Shown here: piece by piece, positions 23,791-34,745 of the stretch
How the letters are laid out: every line of letters starts with the position of its first letter
Position numbering within the stretch: the stretch's first letter is position 1
Source of the DNA: Takakia lepidozioides
Taxonomy: Eukaryota; Plantae; Bryophyta
NCBI GenBank assembly: GCA_030704615.1
Contig: CM060733.1
Location: forward strand, 29,140,001-29,204,000
Direction of reading: 5' to 3'
Length of the DNA: 64,000 nucleotides
Made by a program: the position numbers and the translations under genes
The notes under the pieces: model-generated
What the model was told of the DNA's origin: nothing
The model's input: only the letters and a program-made list of their open reading frames with translations
The model's database searches: none

Positions 23791-26373
23791 ATGGCTGAAC
23801 AGCGCAGAGTACGGAGTACACTTCCCTCGATGGTCTCTCTGCCTACCGAGACGGTACACGCAGTGAGTGGGGGCGAGCATGTGAGGACCACGGGGTGCAG
23901 ACATCCATGGCACACGTGGGAGGTGCTCGAGGTTCAGAGGGAGTTGGCAGCCAAGGCGACGGTAATGGATGAGGTTGGGGATTTTTCTCGGGTTGAGGAA
24001 GTCCTCGAGGATGAGATGATGGGGCAGGATGAGGCCTTGTCATTGACTGAGCAGGTAGGGAGTACTGCTCAAGAGGTTGCAACATAGCAACCACTGGACG
24101 CGTCCTCTACCTCTAAGCCCACTGGATTTAAGGTTGCAGTTACGGAGGACAATTGGGAGCCTAATATTGGATCCATTGTCACCGGAGGAGAGAGACAACG
24201 TATACGGCGGTTCCTAAGGCTTACGGGAATTGCTTTGCCTTCAGTTTGAAGGACTTGGGAGCACTAAAGGGTTAAGAGATCCGTATTGAGTTAGCCACTA
24301 ACACGCCAATCTTTCGGAGACCCTATAGATACAGTGACATGGAGAGGTCTTTGATTCAGATGAGGACTCAAGATCTCTGGGAGGCAGGTTTGGTGGAGCT
24401 CTCTGGTGGAGAGTATGCTTCAGCCACAGTGATGCCAGCCAAGAAGGATGTCTATGGCAATTGGACGGAGAGACGTATGTGCGGTGATTACCGGCCTGTA
24501 AATCGTCAGACCAAGTCCGATAAGAATGCCATGCCAACACTAAAGGAGATCTTTGATGCCATCGGGCATGCTAAGGTCTTTAGCACTTTGGATTTACGAT
24601 CCGGATATCACTAGTTGCCGATCAAGGAGGCGGACAAGCAGAAAACGACATTCTGGGGGATCATTGAGCACGGCAAAGATTGCCTATATCAGTGGCGGTT
24701 CTTACCATTTGGGCTTAAGAACGCTCCTGCAAAATTTCAGAGAGCCATGGATAGGATTCTAGCAGGGGTGGCCTTTGCTCGGTGCTACATAGATGACATC
24801 ATCATCTTTAGAGCTACGGTGGAGGAGCATGAGAGACACCTTCAGGTGGTATTGGAGCGCTTGAGAGCGCACGGATTGAAGTTGCATCCGGGGAAGTGAA
24901 AGTTTTTCCACAACCAGATTGAGTATCTGGGTCATATGATATATCCTGGAGGATTGGGGGTACAGCAGACTAAGGTAGAGGCCATTGCACAAATTCCACG
25001 CCCCACGGATGTGAGCTTTCATGGTATTATAGACGGTTTGTCAAGGGATTTAGTGCCATTGCAAAGGCTATAACCAAGCTGACCAAGGTGGACCAGGAGT
25101 GGCAGTGGGAAGATGAGCAAGAACGAGTTTTTCAAGAGCTCAAGGCGAGGTTGACTCCGGCGCCTATCCTGAGACGACCTATCAGGGGGCGTCCCTTTCA
25201 GCTGCATACGGATTGGAGCATGCTGGGGCTTGGAGTGGTGCTCATACAGGTGGATGATGAGGGAAAAAAGTTCGTAGTGGCTTATGCTAGCCGCTCGAAC
25301 AACGCTGCAGAGACTAAGTATAGCTCATATGAGGGATAGTGTCTAGCTGCAGTGTGGGCCGTGGCACACTTCATGTGCTATCTATACGGCAATTTCTTCA
25401 CCCTTGTCACGGATCACCAGCCACTCAAGTGGTTGATAGAGTCAGACAAGCTTACGGGGAAGCTTGCACGGTGGGCACTCATACTCCAGGAGTATGACTT
25501 TCAGGTTGTGCATCAACCGGGTTTGGTCAATCAGGATTGAGTCGCAATCCATGCACGAGCCAGTAGGATGACACTGGAGCTCGGTGACATGGTGAGACGG
25601 ACGAGGAGATGGTGTCGGGATGACATGCATCTGCCTTTTTGTGTATCTTGGCATCGGGAGGTCAGGTTGGACCTACAACAAGGATTACTGTAGACGGGTG
25701 ATAAAGCCTTGATAGACCACCGCACCACTTGTCAGGATCATCCTGAGGCCGATGGCTTGGCAAAGAGAGTTGTTCAGACGGTGAAGAGGGGTTTGCGCAA
25801 GTATGGTTTGTAGATAGGACACCTAGGAGATTGGGATCTTCAGGTACCTTGGTTAGCCATGGGCTACAGGTTCAGCAAACAAACATCACTTGCCTCTTTC
25901 TCACCATATTTCCTTCTCTTTGGCCAAGAGCCGGATTTGCTTGCAGCCATTCGTAGGGACACAGTTCGAGTCCTTAACCTAGACGATCCGGGCGTGTGGG
26001 TACGTGCATGTGATCAGCGTGCATAGTTGTTCAAGAAAGTCATGCCCATGGCTTTTGAGAACCTTGCCATTGCACAGCACCGTGATACGTTGAGGTATGC
26101 CATTATAAGTGGTGGAGGATATCGTCCTGGGGTTCGGAGGTTTAGCCCTGGTGACTATGTTTATTTATAGTAGACTGCTCCTACGACCCTGGATGTCACT
26201 GCAGGGCGTGTTATTCTGAGGGTAGAGAGGTGTTGCCCTCATGAGTCCTGATCTTGGAGGGTCGGGATGGCATGACTTGGAAGGCCCATGTGCGTAATTG
26301 TGCGCAATGTCACCTTCCCAATGTCGATGACAGAGTTGACCCAAACTTGGCAGTGGTACCTGCAGGTTTGAGA

Positions 26374-26517
26374 TGCATGCTCTGTGGGTCTGCCAAAGGG
26401 GCAGCCACCATGCTGGTGTGTGATCGATGCTCAAGAGGTTGGCACATGGGATGTTTGACACCACCTCTTGAGAAGGTTCCTGATGGAGATTGGTTGTGTC
26501 CACACTGCTTGGGATAG
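26374..26517 (+). other. Intact PHD finger at the integrase C-terminus
   Basis: CMLC-x11-CDRC-x4-H-x2-C-LTPPLEKVPDGDWL-CPHC, the full Cys4-His-Cys3 pattern plus the conserved Trp. Confidence 0.92.
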
Positions 26518-26777
26518 TGGTAGTGGACATGACTAGACGCAGCTAACAAGACATAGGAGGCCAAGCTCATAGGAATCAAAATACGAGATCCCAAGCTCAA
26601 GTTCACAGGTTGCAAGACGACGACTAACGATGGGGCAACTCTTGCACCCGGCCTCTTGATCTATCGAGTTTGAGTGTAGTAGGGACAGTGGTGGAGGACT
26701 TAGTGAGGCTATGGTTACTATCACATCTTGTGGCTACCTGGATTTACAGGGACCTAAGCACCAGCTAGGGGGGCGAT

Positions 26778-27441
26778 TGTGGTGGACTAGTGACTGCCAT
26801 AGTGGGCAGCCTAGCGACTGACTAGTGGTTGGACTAGTGGTGGACTAGTGGTATACTAGTGTGTGTTGTGCACATGTGTTGTGTGATTTTGGACAACGAT
26901 GTAATTGTATAGCGATATGTATGCGCATGACAGCTGTCAAGTTATTTCACCACTAGTGTGAAACTAGCTAGGAAATAGCTAGCTTTTACATATTGACATT
27001 TGGGATTGGCCCAAGTGTCAATCCAGGGGTCAAGGCAGATTAAGGCCCTGGAGTGGTTATCTTCATGGCAAGCGCGGGAGACTCATCTTTCTCGAGTTGA
27101 GCCTCACCGCACCTAGCTATGGCGCCGTAGTGTGGATTCCCCATGACGTGGGGTGCACTTGGCTTGACTCGTATATGAGTGATGAGTTTATATATGCATG
27201 AGTTTATGTTTCAGCTTTGTGAGCTCGCATGAGCTTGTGCTTGTATTCTTCTTCTTTATCATTGTGGTGGACTAGTGACTGCCATAGTGGGCAGCCAAGC
27301 GACTGACTAGTGGCAGCCTAGTGGTTGGGCTAGTGGTTGGACTAGTGGTGGACTAGTGGTATACTAGTGTGTGGTGTGCACATGTGTTGTGTGGTTTTGG
27401 ACAGCGATGTAATTGTATAGCGATATGTATGCGCACGACAA
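26778..27441 (+). repeat. 3' LTR of the DNMT-Gypsy (~26778-27261) plus a tandem partial second copy (27263-27441)
   Basis: TGTGGTGGACTAGTGACTGCC follows the PPT. The same ~155-180 bp start, with internal (g)actagtgg repeats, recurs at 27263. Confidence 0.7.
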
Positions 27442-28328
27442 CGGCCAGGACTTAGTCGCAGCTATGAACATATAGCTTTGCCTAAGCTCGGCCACTACTG
27501 TTTGAAGTCAGGAATGCAGATGGTGAGGAAGCCAATGATTCAGCAATAATATGAGAGATGATTCGTGGAATCATAGTATTCCAGCCACCACTAATGATTA
27601 CCACGTAATACCGTACTCGGACAACCTCTACTGGATACTGAGGGACATGGGCTATATTGATGGAAGCCCATTTCGCTTAAGTCACCAGCCAACGGTTAAC
27701 ATTTGGCGACCATACTGGGGAGTAGCGGTATGTTGGGTTCCAGTGAACTCAAAGAAGGATGACTATTCGGTGATTTCTAGAAATCACGGAAGAACGAATC
27801 AGTAGAAGCAAATGAATGGAAATCATTCATAAATGAGTTCAATAGACTACTAGCAGCGATACAGCAAAAGAAACGTCCGACGGGCGCAAAGTGTGACCCC
27901 AGTTCGTGGAAGTTTAGTGAGGTACATTTGAATTTGGTGAGAAAATTTGATTTGAATTTAAAATTCAAAAACTAGTTGACCATTGATTCCGGTTTTGTCC
28001 AATGGCAATTCATACAATGTTCTACATATATTAGGCAATGCTTACTCGAACCTAAGACCTCTAAGTTATAACATTTCTAAGACACTACACACTAACCAAC
28101 ACATCTACGATACATCTATGTATCACAAAAATAGTCTAAGTATATATATATACATATCAAGATTTAGCTCCTGGTGACTGCCACTATCTCAATCCTATCA
28201 TTGTGTCATCGTAGATGGTGCAGATTATGAGTACTATGTAGGAGCTCTCACAGCTGGAATTTGCACCGAGACTTGTCCCCAGAATTCTTCAAGGACAAAT
28301 ATCTATCAAGGGCCTAAGTTCCGGCGCT

Positions 28329-28542
28329 GGGAGAATGCGACGCTAGGGAATCGCAACGGCGTCGCCGGGACGGGCGGCACATCTGTTAAAAGATAACGCG
28401 TGTGTCCTAAGATGAGCTCAACGAGAACATAAATCTCGTGTGGAACAAAAGGGTAAAAGCTCATTTGATTTTGATTTTCAGTATGAATACAAACTGTGAA
28501 AGCATGGCCTATCGATCCTTTAGTCTTTCGGAATTTGAAGCT

Positions 28543-28585
<43 letters not shown>

Positions 28586-28608
28586 AGCCAAGCGTTCATA
28601 TTGACGTT

Positions 28609-28653
<45 letters not shown>

Positions 28654-28951
28654 GAATTCACCAAGTGTTGGATTGTTCATCCACCAATAGGGAACGTGAG
28701 CTGGGTTTAGATCGTCGTGAGACAGGTTAGTTTTACCCTATTGATGATCGGTGCCGCAATAGTAATCCAACTTAGTACGAGAGGAACCACAACCCCAGCT
28801 CATGGGTCACAGTCGCGGCAGCCCAGCGATGCTTTTGCGACGACGGGGGGTCGCAATGCCTGGAAGAGGGAAGACAAAAAAAATAAAATTGACCCCCTGC
28901 GTTGCGATGTCCCGGCGATGTCGTTGCGATTCCCTGGCATCGCAGCCTCCC
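28329..28951. mobile_element. Inverted-repeat-bounded (MITE/hAT-like) element containing an rDNA piece
   Basis: 28329-28371 (gggagaatgcgacgctagggaatcgcaacggcgtcgccgggac) is the reverse complement, with ~6 mismatches, of 28909-28951. Confidence 0.65.
28372..28788 (+). rRNA. 28S: 25S/28S rRNA pseudogene fragment (domain V to the sarcin-ricin loop)
   Basis: Plant LSU sequence ggcggcacatctgttaaaagataacgc...ttaccacagggataactggcttgtggcagccaagcg...agtacgagaggaacc. Isolated, with CpG-to-TpG/CpA decay (e.g. agtatgaatacaaactgtgaaagcatgg). Confidence 0.95.
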
Positions 28952-30960
28952 GGGGGCGTCGCACCAGCGGATGACGTATAGAAGTCATGGTTCATAAATG
29001 GACTCCGTCTTGAGTATGTAACCATGGTTAGTCATGCCCAACAACAACTTGGCTGAGGTAGTGACCACTGCACAAAGAGATTGGAACTGGGATTCCACCA
29101 AAGCATAAACAAGGACTCCAAGGATACTATGGAAGAAGATCTGATGAAGAAGAAAAACCCAAGCTAAAGAAGAAGGAGGTGATTGACAAAACCACCTTAG
29201 ACCAAAAGATAGCAGAGGCTGTCAAGAATTTCAAAGAAGAAGGTGCAAGAAAAACAACATGGTGTCATAAATCTTCAGCCTGTGAAGCCACCATTTGTAG
29301 CTACTTTCTGGTCGGAGACACCACACAAATGTTGGTGGAGCTTTTTGCCTTGACACCGGCCTTCCCTGCGACTTCAACCATAGTACCTACAATGGTTATA
29401 ATGAACTCTGCGTTGGCTGGGGTGTGGTGTATGTTTCTCATTAATTCATTATCTCTGATTGTGGGCATCTCTTGTAGTTCTTACTGTGTGCCATAAGTCT
29501 TCTGGGCCTTTGTGGACTTAATTTCTTCCCTTCCTTTCTTCTTCTACTGCCTTTTGAAGCCAAGAGTAGTTATGTCTGTTTAGTTGTAGCTTTGTGTGGC
29601 ATGAGATCTTGTGACATTCATACATGTGTCATTCTTTCTTTTGGCTGTCTTTATCAACGTCATGCATTCTATGACATCAATGGCAACCGGTGACTGAACA
29701 CTTAATACATCTAAGTGGATTGTTATCAGCACAAGCACCATGGGTAAGTTGCAGGCTAAGTTGCAGTTGAAGCCATGACCAGGATCTTGTGGGATGAGTG
29801 AATCTCCCAAACAAGGATTGCTTAAGCACGATCATCACTGGGAGTTTTCATCTTCTTTTCTATAGTATTCATCTCACACTATTTGCTATGGACACAATTG
29901 TTGTCCGGAGGGGATAAATGTAGATGTCTGTTTTCAACCTCCTCCATGGCTTGCTGGCTATTCCCCCACACAAGGGAGAAACCCTTCCATGTCTGTCAAG
30001 TACTTTGTCACTATTACTGTTCACTGCATAGACAAGTGCATTATGAGTGAGTGTTTGTTGGTTGATAATGGCAGGTTCCCAGCAGATTATCTTGAATACA
30101 CGAAATTCATAGCTGATCGGCAATTTAAATGAGCACTTGGTCTCCTCCAAACTGCCTCTGACCAACTGACAGGGACCAACTGACAGGGAATATATGCATA
30201 CTGACAAACCTACGTTGATTTTTCACGTCTCAGTGTCACTCTCCCTCCCGAAGTAACAGGGTTGGGTGAGGAAGTGGTGAGGACATGCCCTGCAGCTGTT
30301 GGATTGGACATTTTGTACATTTGTTTCTGTGTTTAGACATCAGTAGGTGTATGATGTCAACACTGCACCGTACTGCGCACTTCGTAATACATAGCTTGAA
30401 ACCAGCTTGAAACCAGGCTTTATTTGCAGATGTGAGTGTTCAGTAAGGGAGCAAGTACTTCCATGACTCTGTGTCTCTCTCTTGCTGGTATGCTTAATGC
30501 TGGCAGTGGTGTAATCAGGGCACCATCACACTGGTAATAACAATGGTGGTATCCAGTTAGTTTAGTGTCATTATGCTACCACAACTCTCTCAATGTTACA
30601 CTTTTTGGACCACACAAGTATCAATCTGCTATATGTGAGCAGCCCAAAAGTTAGACCAGGGCTTTAGGGTCAGCCTTCAGATTTTAAAAGTTGGTGAAAA
30701 GAGGTGCAGGAACAACGTTCTTGATATTCCAGCAGAGGGTCAGTCTCTGGTGAGAATACCCCAGACAATGTCTTGTAAGGAACAGAAATAGAGACAAAGG
30801 GAGTACAACAACATCTGCAAACTATAAGCCACCATGATAATTTCTGTGGGTTTGCGTCTGTAGACCCCGCAGCAAACATGTCCTAGTAGGTGCCAATCTT
30901 AGTACAGGCCTCCTATTTGCTCTCTTACAGCCAATGGCATCCAGTTTGCAACATCAATTT

Positions 30961-31024
30961 CCAGTCAAATTGGGTTTGGGTTCTACGGCCACAAGGCTAC
31001 GGCAAACCAAGTCTCATGAGTACA
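30961..31024 (+). mobile_element. LINE family A 3' end fragment
   Basis: ggccacaaggctacggcaaac.a.gtctcatgagtaca terminus shared with the copies at 34.4, 36.9, 41.2, 47.0 and 63.2 kb. Confidence 0.7.
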
Positions 31025-31767
31025 TTCTCTGTCCCCTACACGTCATGGGATGTCTGTGCAGGGAAACCTTTTCTGGAAATTGGTGGGTTCTGCACTCAAA
31101 GTTGCAGGTCCAGAGCAAGTAGAGTGCCAAAAATCAAAGCTGATTTTGATTGACACAGGCGAGATGTTCACTCCATATGCATGGGCGGTACAAACTTGGC
31201 TAAACCTCCCCTTTTTGGTGGCCAGAGTCCACATTAACCTGTGTGTTGACTTCATTGTTTGAGATCTTTGCATCTCCCAGATCATTTCATAAGCATACCT
31301 GTTTCAGCAGGATCTCTTCAACTCAATCTGGTGATTGCATGAACTGACCCTTGAAGTGTCCAAGTACTCACATGGGTGGACAGAACAAGTGTAGCTATCA
31401 GGAGATCAATATCCCTCATTATGAGTGACCTGTAGAGCTGGACATTTGGGGTGAGATGAGACTCTGGGGCCAGTTATATTTTAAATCTTCCAAAGATGAG
31501 CCTGTTCCCGTGCTGCTTCACGAAGAGAAGCCCGGGGGCGGACCAGATGATGGCAGATGTTCTGTGTATAGTGCAGGTCTGAGGAGAAAATGGCCAAGTC
31601 TTCTGCACTAGCAAGTTGTTGAGCAAGAGTCGGCTAGTCTTTGGGAGACATGAACTGCTCGCCCTGGTAGCCTACAGTCTGGTGAGCTAGTCTGGAAAGT
31701 CCTGAAGAAGACCCAAACTCTATAATGGGACTACCAAAGGAGTTCCAACAGATTTCAAAGGTTCATT

Positions 31768-34176
31768 TCACCAGTATTCCGCACATGAACAAACCCCATC
31801 TTGGAAGTGGTGAAAGCGGTTGGCATCCCGTACAACAATAGCTCGCCCAATAATCTTTGAGATGAACTTCGTGGCCGTATGGCAGTCACCACACACTCTA
31901 AGGTTCTTGATGACACGGACTTGTGTGCCAGGGGGCGTACTGATGAGCCCAAAGGCAATGGCCAGCTTCTCACTGTGGTGGTGAAGAGAAATTTCTTTTT
32001 GCTCCTCCACCACATCATGCAATACAAAACGTGTGTCAGGCACATACCCGACCTTCTTCATCTGCACAGACAATCTCTTCAGCTCAGCATGTATTTCCTC
32101 AATTCGTGGATGCGACGAGTCCTCCACCATGAATGTATGCACCTGTTTGTCAACCTCTATGCAGCTGTATCCTGCCTGCTTCCTGACCCCTCTGTCCCTC
32201 ATCATTTTTCTCACTGTTGCAGTATCATCCCACCTGCCGGCAGCGGCATAGATGTTCGACAGTAGCACATAAGTTGCAGCCTCCTGTGGATCCAACTTGA
32301 GAAGGCGTGTTGCCGCACGTTCTGCCACCTCCACATTCCCATGAATCCTGCACGCACCAAGCAATGCCCCCCAAGTCGAACCAGCTGGTTCAATTGGCAT
32401 GTTGTTAATGAAGTCCTCTGCCTCATTCAATCGTCCTGCACGGCCAAGAAGGTCCACCATGCAGCCAAAATGCTCCACTGTAGGAGTGAGGCCATGATCT
32501 TGAATGATGGAATTAAAATAGTGAAAGCCTTCATGCACTAGACCCCCATGGCTACAGGCGGAGAGAACACACGTAAAGGTGATATCCTTTGGTTTTAAGC
32601 CTTCCTGTTTCATTTGGTCAAATAGTTGCAGGGCCTCCCTCCCACACCCATGCTGAGCGTATCCTGCCATCATGGCATTCCATGAGACCACATTCCATTT
32701 AGCCATATTATCTAACATTTGATGTGCATCCTTTATGCTTCCACATTTGGCATACATGTCCACAAGGGAACTCTCCAAAATGATATTGGGCTTAATTCCA
32801 GCTTTCATGATGTCAGCATGTACCTCTTTGCCCTTTTCCAGTGCTGCCAGGCTGGCACACGCCTTGAGAACACACACGAACGTGACATGGTTGGGCATCA
32901 CCCTCTCCTGTGTCATTTGTTTATACATCTGCACAGCCTCCCTACCACACCCATTCTGAGTATATCCTGCAATCATAGCAGTCCACGAGACCACATTTCG
33001 TTCATTCATATTGTTGAACACTTGAAGCGCATCCTTTCCACTCCCACATTTAGCATACATGTCGACAAGGGTATTCTCCAGAATGATGTTTGGCGCAATC
33101 CCTGCTTTGATGATGTCAGCATGGACCTCTTTGCCCTTTTCCAGGGCAGCAAGGCTAGCACATGCATTGAGAACACAAACAAATGTGACCTGGTTGGGTC
33201 GCACCCCTTCCCGAATCATTTGCTCATAAGTCTCCAAGGCCTCCCTACCACACCCATGCTGAGCATAGCCTGCTATCAGCACACTCCATGAGACCACATC
33301 TCGCTGAGTCATATTGTTGAACACTTCATGTGCGTCCTTCATACTCCCACATTTGGCATACATGTCAGCAAGGGCAGTCTTCAGAATAATATCTGGCATG
33401 ATCCCAGCATTGATGATGTCAGCGTGGACCTCTTTGCCCTTTTCAAGGGCTGCAAGGCTTGCACATGCCTTCACAATGCAAGTGAAGGCAACAATGTCAG
33501 GTGTCACCCCTTCCTGTATCATTTGCTCATAGACCTCCAAAGCCTCCCTACCACACCCATGCTTAGCATATCCTGCTATCATTATAGTCCAGGTAAACAG
33601 ATCACGGAAAGGTATGTTGTCAAACACTACGCGTGCATCCACCAAGCTCCCACACTCGGCATACATGTTGACAAGGGTCTTGTGTAGAAAGATATTTGGC
33701 TTGAACCGACTTTGGATAATGTGGGCATGCACCTGCTTTCCCTCTGCTAGGCCTTTCCTTCTGATGCACTCCTGCAAGACACAGACGTAAGTATTTGAGT
33801 CTGCCAAAATCCTTCCTTGGTTCAAAATATGCAATGCCTCTTTCAGTTGTCCTGTTTTACATAATGTCTCCACATCCCAATGAGTGCCAGTTGAGTTCCT
33901 TTGGAATTCCTCTCTTGTCTCTCTTCTGACAGCAGTAGTCATGGTGGAGGTGCCTGATTCAAACAACTGTGCTGTTGCTGCTTCCAGATGACCATCTGTC
34001 CACGCTGGTTTCTTGTAGCTATCAATCCTCAGTGCCTCATTGTTACTTGTGTGCTTGACATCTGGTCCTCTGGTAGTGATCTGCGCACACAATCCATCCC
34101 TCCTTAAGCTCTTCCTGCTTTCACAATACATACCACACCTTGGTGCAAGTAGCTGACACAACAGCACATAACTCAT
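31768..34176 (-). CDS. PLS-class PPR protein with E1/E2 and DYW deaminase domain (organellar C-to-U editing factor), 802 aa
   Basis: Uninterrupted ORF with regular P-L-S repeats, P2-L2-S2, E1/E2, a PG-box variant (KQAGYSCIEV), HSEKLA...CGDCH zinc ligands and a C-terminal EYW. Confidence 0.95.
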   Translation of the reverse strand: MSYVLLCQLLAPRCGMYCESRKSLRRDGLCAQITTRGPDVKHTSNNEALRIDSYKKPAWTDGHLEAATAQLFESGTSTMTTAVRRETREEFQRNSTGTHWDVETLCKTGQLKEALHILNQGRILADSNTYVCVLQECIRRKGLAEGKQVHAHIIQSRFKPNIFLHKTLVNMYAECGSLVDARVVFDNIPFRDLFTWTIMIAGYAKHGCGREALEVYEQMIQEGVTPDIVAFTCIVKACASLAALEKGKEVHADIINAGIMPDIILKTALADMYAKCGSMKDAHEVFNNMTQRDVVSWSVLIAGYAQHGCGREALETYEQMIREGVRPNQVTFVCVLNACASLAALEKGKEVHADIIKAGIAPNIILENTLVDMYAKCGSGKDALQVFNNMNERNVVSWTAMIAGYTQNGCGREAVQMYKQMTQERVMPNHVTFVCVLKACASLAALEKGKEVHADIMKAGIKPNIILESSLVDMYAKCGSIKDAHQMLDNMAKWNVVSWNAMMAGYAQHGCGREALQLFDQMKQEGLKPKDITFTCVLSACSHGGLVHEGFHYFNSIIQDHGLTPTVEHFGCMVDLLGRAGRLNEAEDFINNMPIEPAGSTWGALLGACRIHGNVEVAERAATRLLKLDPQEAATYVLLSNIYAAAGRWDDTATVRKMMRDRGVRKQAGYSCIEVDKQVHTFMVEDSSHPRIEEIHAELKRLSVQMKKVGYVPDTRFVLHDVVEEQKEISLHHHSEKLAIAFGLISTPPGTQVRVIKNLRVCGDCHTATKFISKIIGRAIVVRDANRFHHFQDGVCSCAEYW

Positions 34177-34399
34177 AGAAAAGACACATCATCCTGACCT
34201 GCAAGACACTATTTTCTATGCTGAATCAGTAGCAAGAATTAAAAACCAAGTGTATTGGTGTATAAGTGTGTGAAGGGAGAGAATATAGATTCCCAACGGA
34301 AAACCAAACCTATCAGGTCAGGCGTGGGGTTTGAAACAACATGTGAAAGTTCCACTGCCACTCGATGTTAAAGCTTTCTCACTGGCTCTGTCCTATGGT

Positions 34400-34745
34400 C
34401 TTTCTGATTCATTATCCTGGGTACTCTCACCAGAAAGACACCCTCTTCAATTCCATCAAGGGAATTGTTCCTCTATCTCTGTTTACCAACTCTGAAAATC
34501 TAGTGGCTGAGTCAAAAGCCCAGGTCTTTTTGGGGTCTAGTTATTGGGCAAATCACACACAGCAGATTGATGTTTGTGTGAAGGGATTCTAGAGGATATC
34601 CGGAAAACTCTGATCAACTGCATGTTTCAAGGTAAGTCACACTACGACGCCCCTGACAAAGGTAGTTTCTGTCCCTTTGTGTTCCACTCAAACTGGGCGG
34701 GGTCAATGGCCACCAGACTACAGCAAACAATGTCTTATGAGTACA
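34400..34745 (+). mobile_element. LINE family A 5'-truncated copy (older)
   Basis: Diverged match to ~37135-37490; lies upstream of the PPR start, probably in a 5'UTR intron. Confidence 0.8.

Larger units (their letters stand above)
23350..27441 (+). mobile_element. Decayed 5'-truncated Gypsy retrotransposon encoding C5-DNA methyltransferase, RT, RNase H, integrase and PHD finger
   Basis: One colinear decayed polyprotein: DNMT motifs (23350-23790), RT (RMCGDYR, LDLRSGYH, LPFGLKNAP, YIDD), RNase H (LHTDWS, TDHQPL), partial integrase (HPEADGLA.R.VQTVK), C4HC3 PHD; PPT AGGGGGGCGA at ~26767; LTR from 26778. Confidence 0.92.

Noticed and set aside
28306-28680. 124-aa ORF antisense to 28S (MIGRADIEGSKS...)
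   Set aside because: A well-known spurious translation of the rRNA antisense strand.
31300-31580. Receptor-kinase subdomain XI-like remnant (TKRSP...MADVL)
   Set aside because: Too short and degenerate; no other kinase motifs nearby.
31879-33687. Multiple plus-strand ORFs over the PPR gene (and likewise over the ABCC and catalase genes)
   Set aside because: Shadow frames of real genes with no independent motifs.
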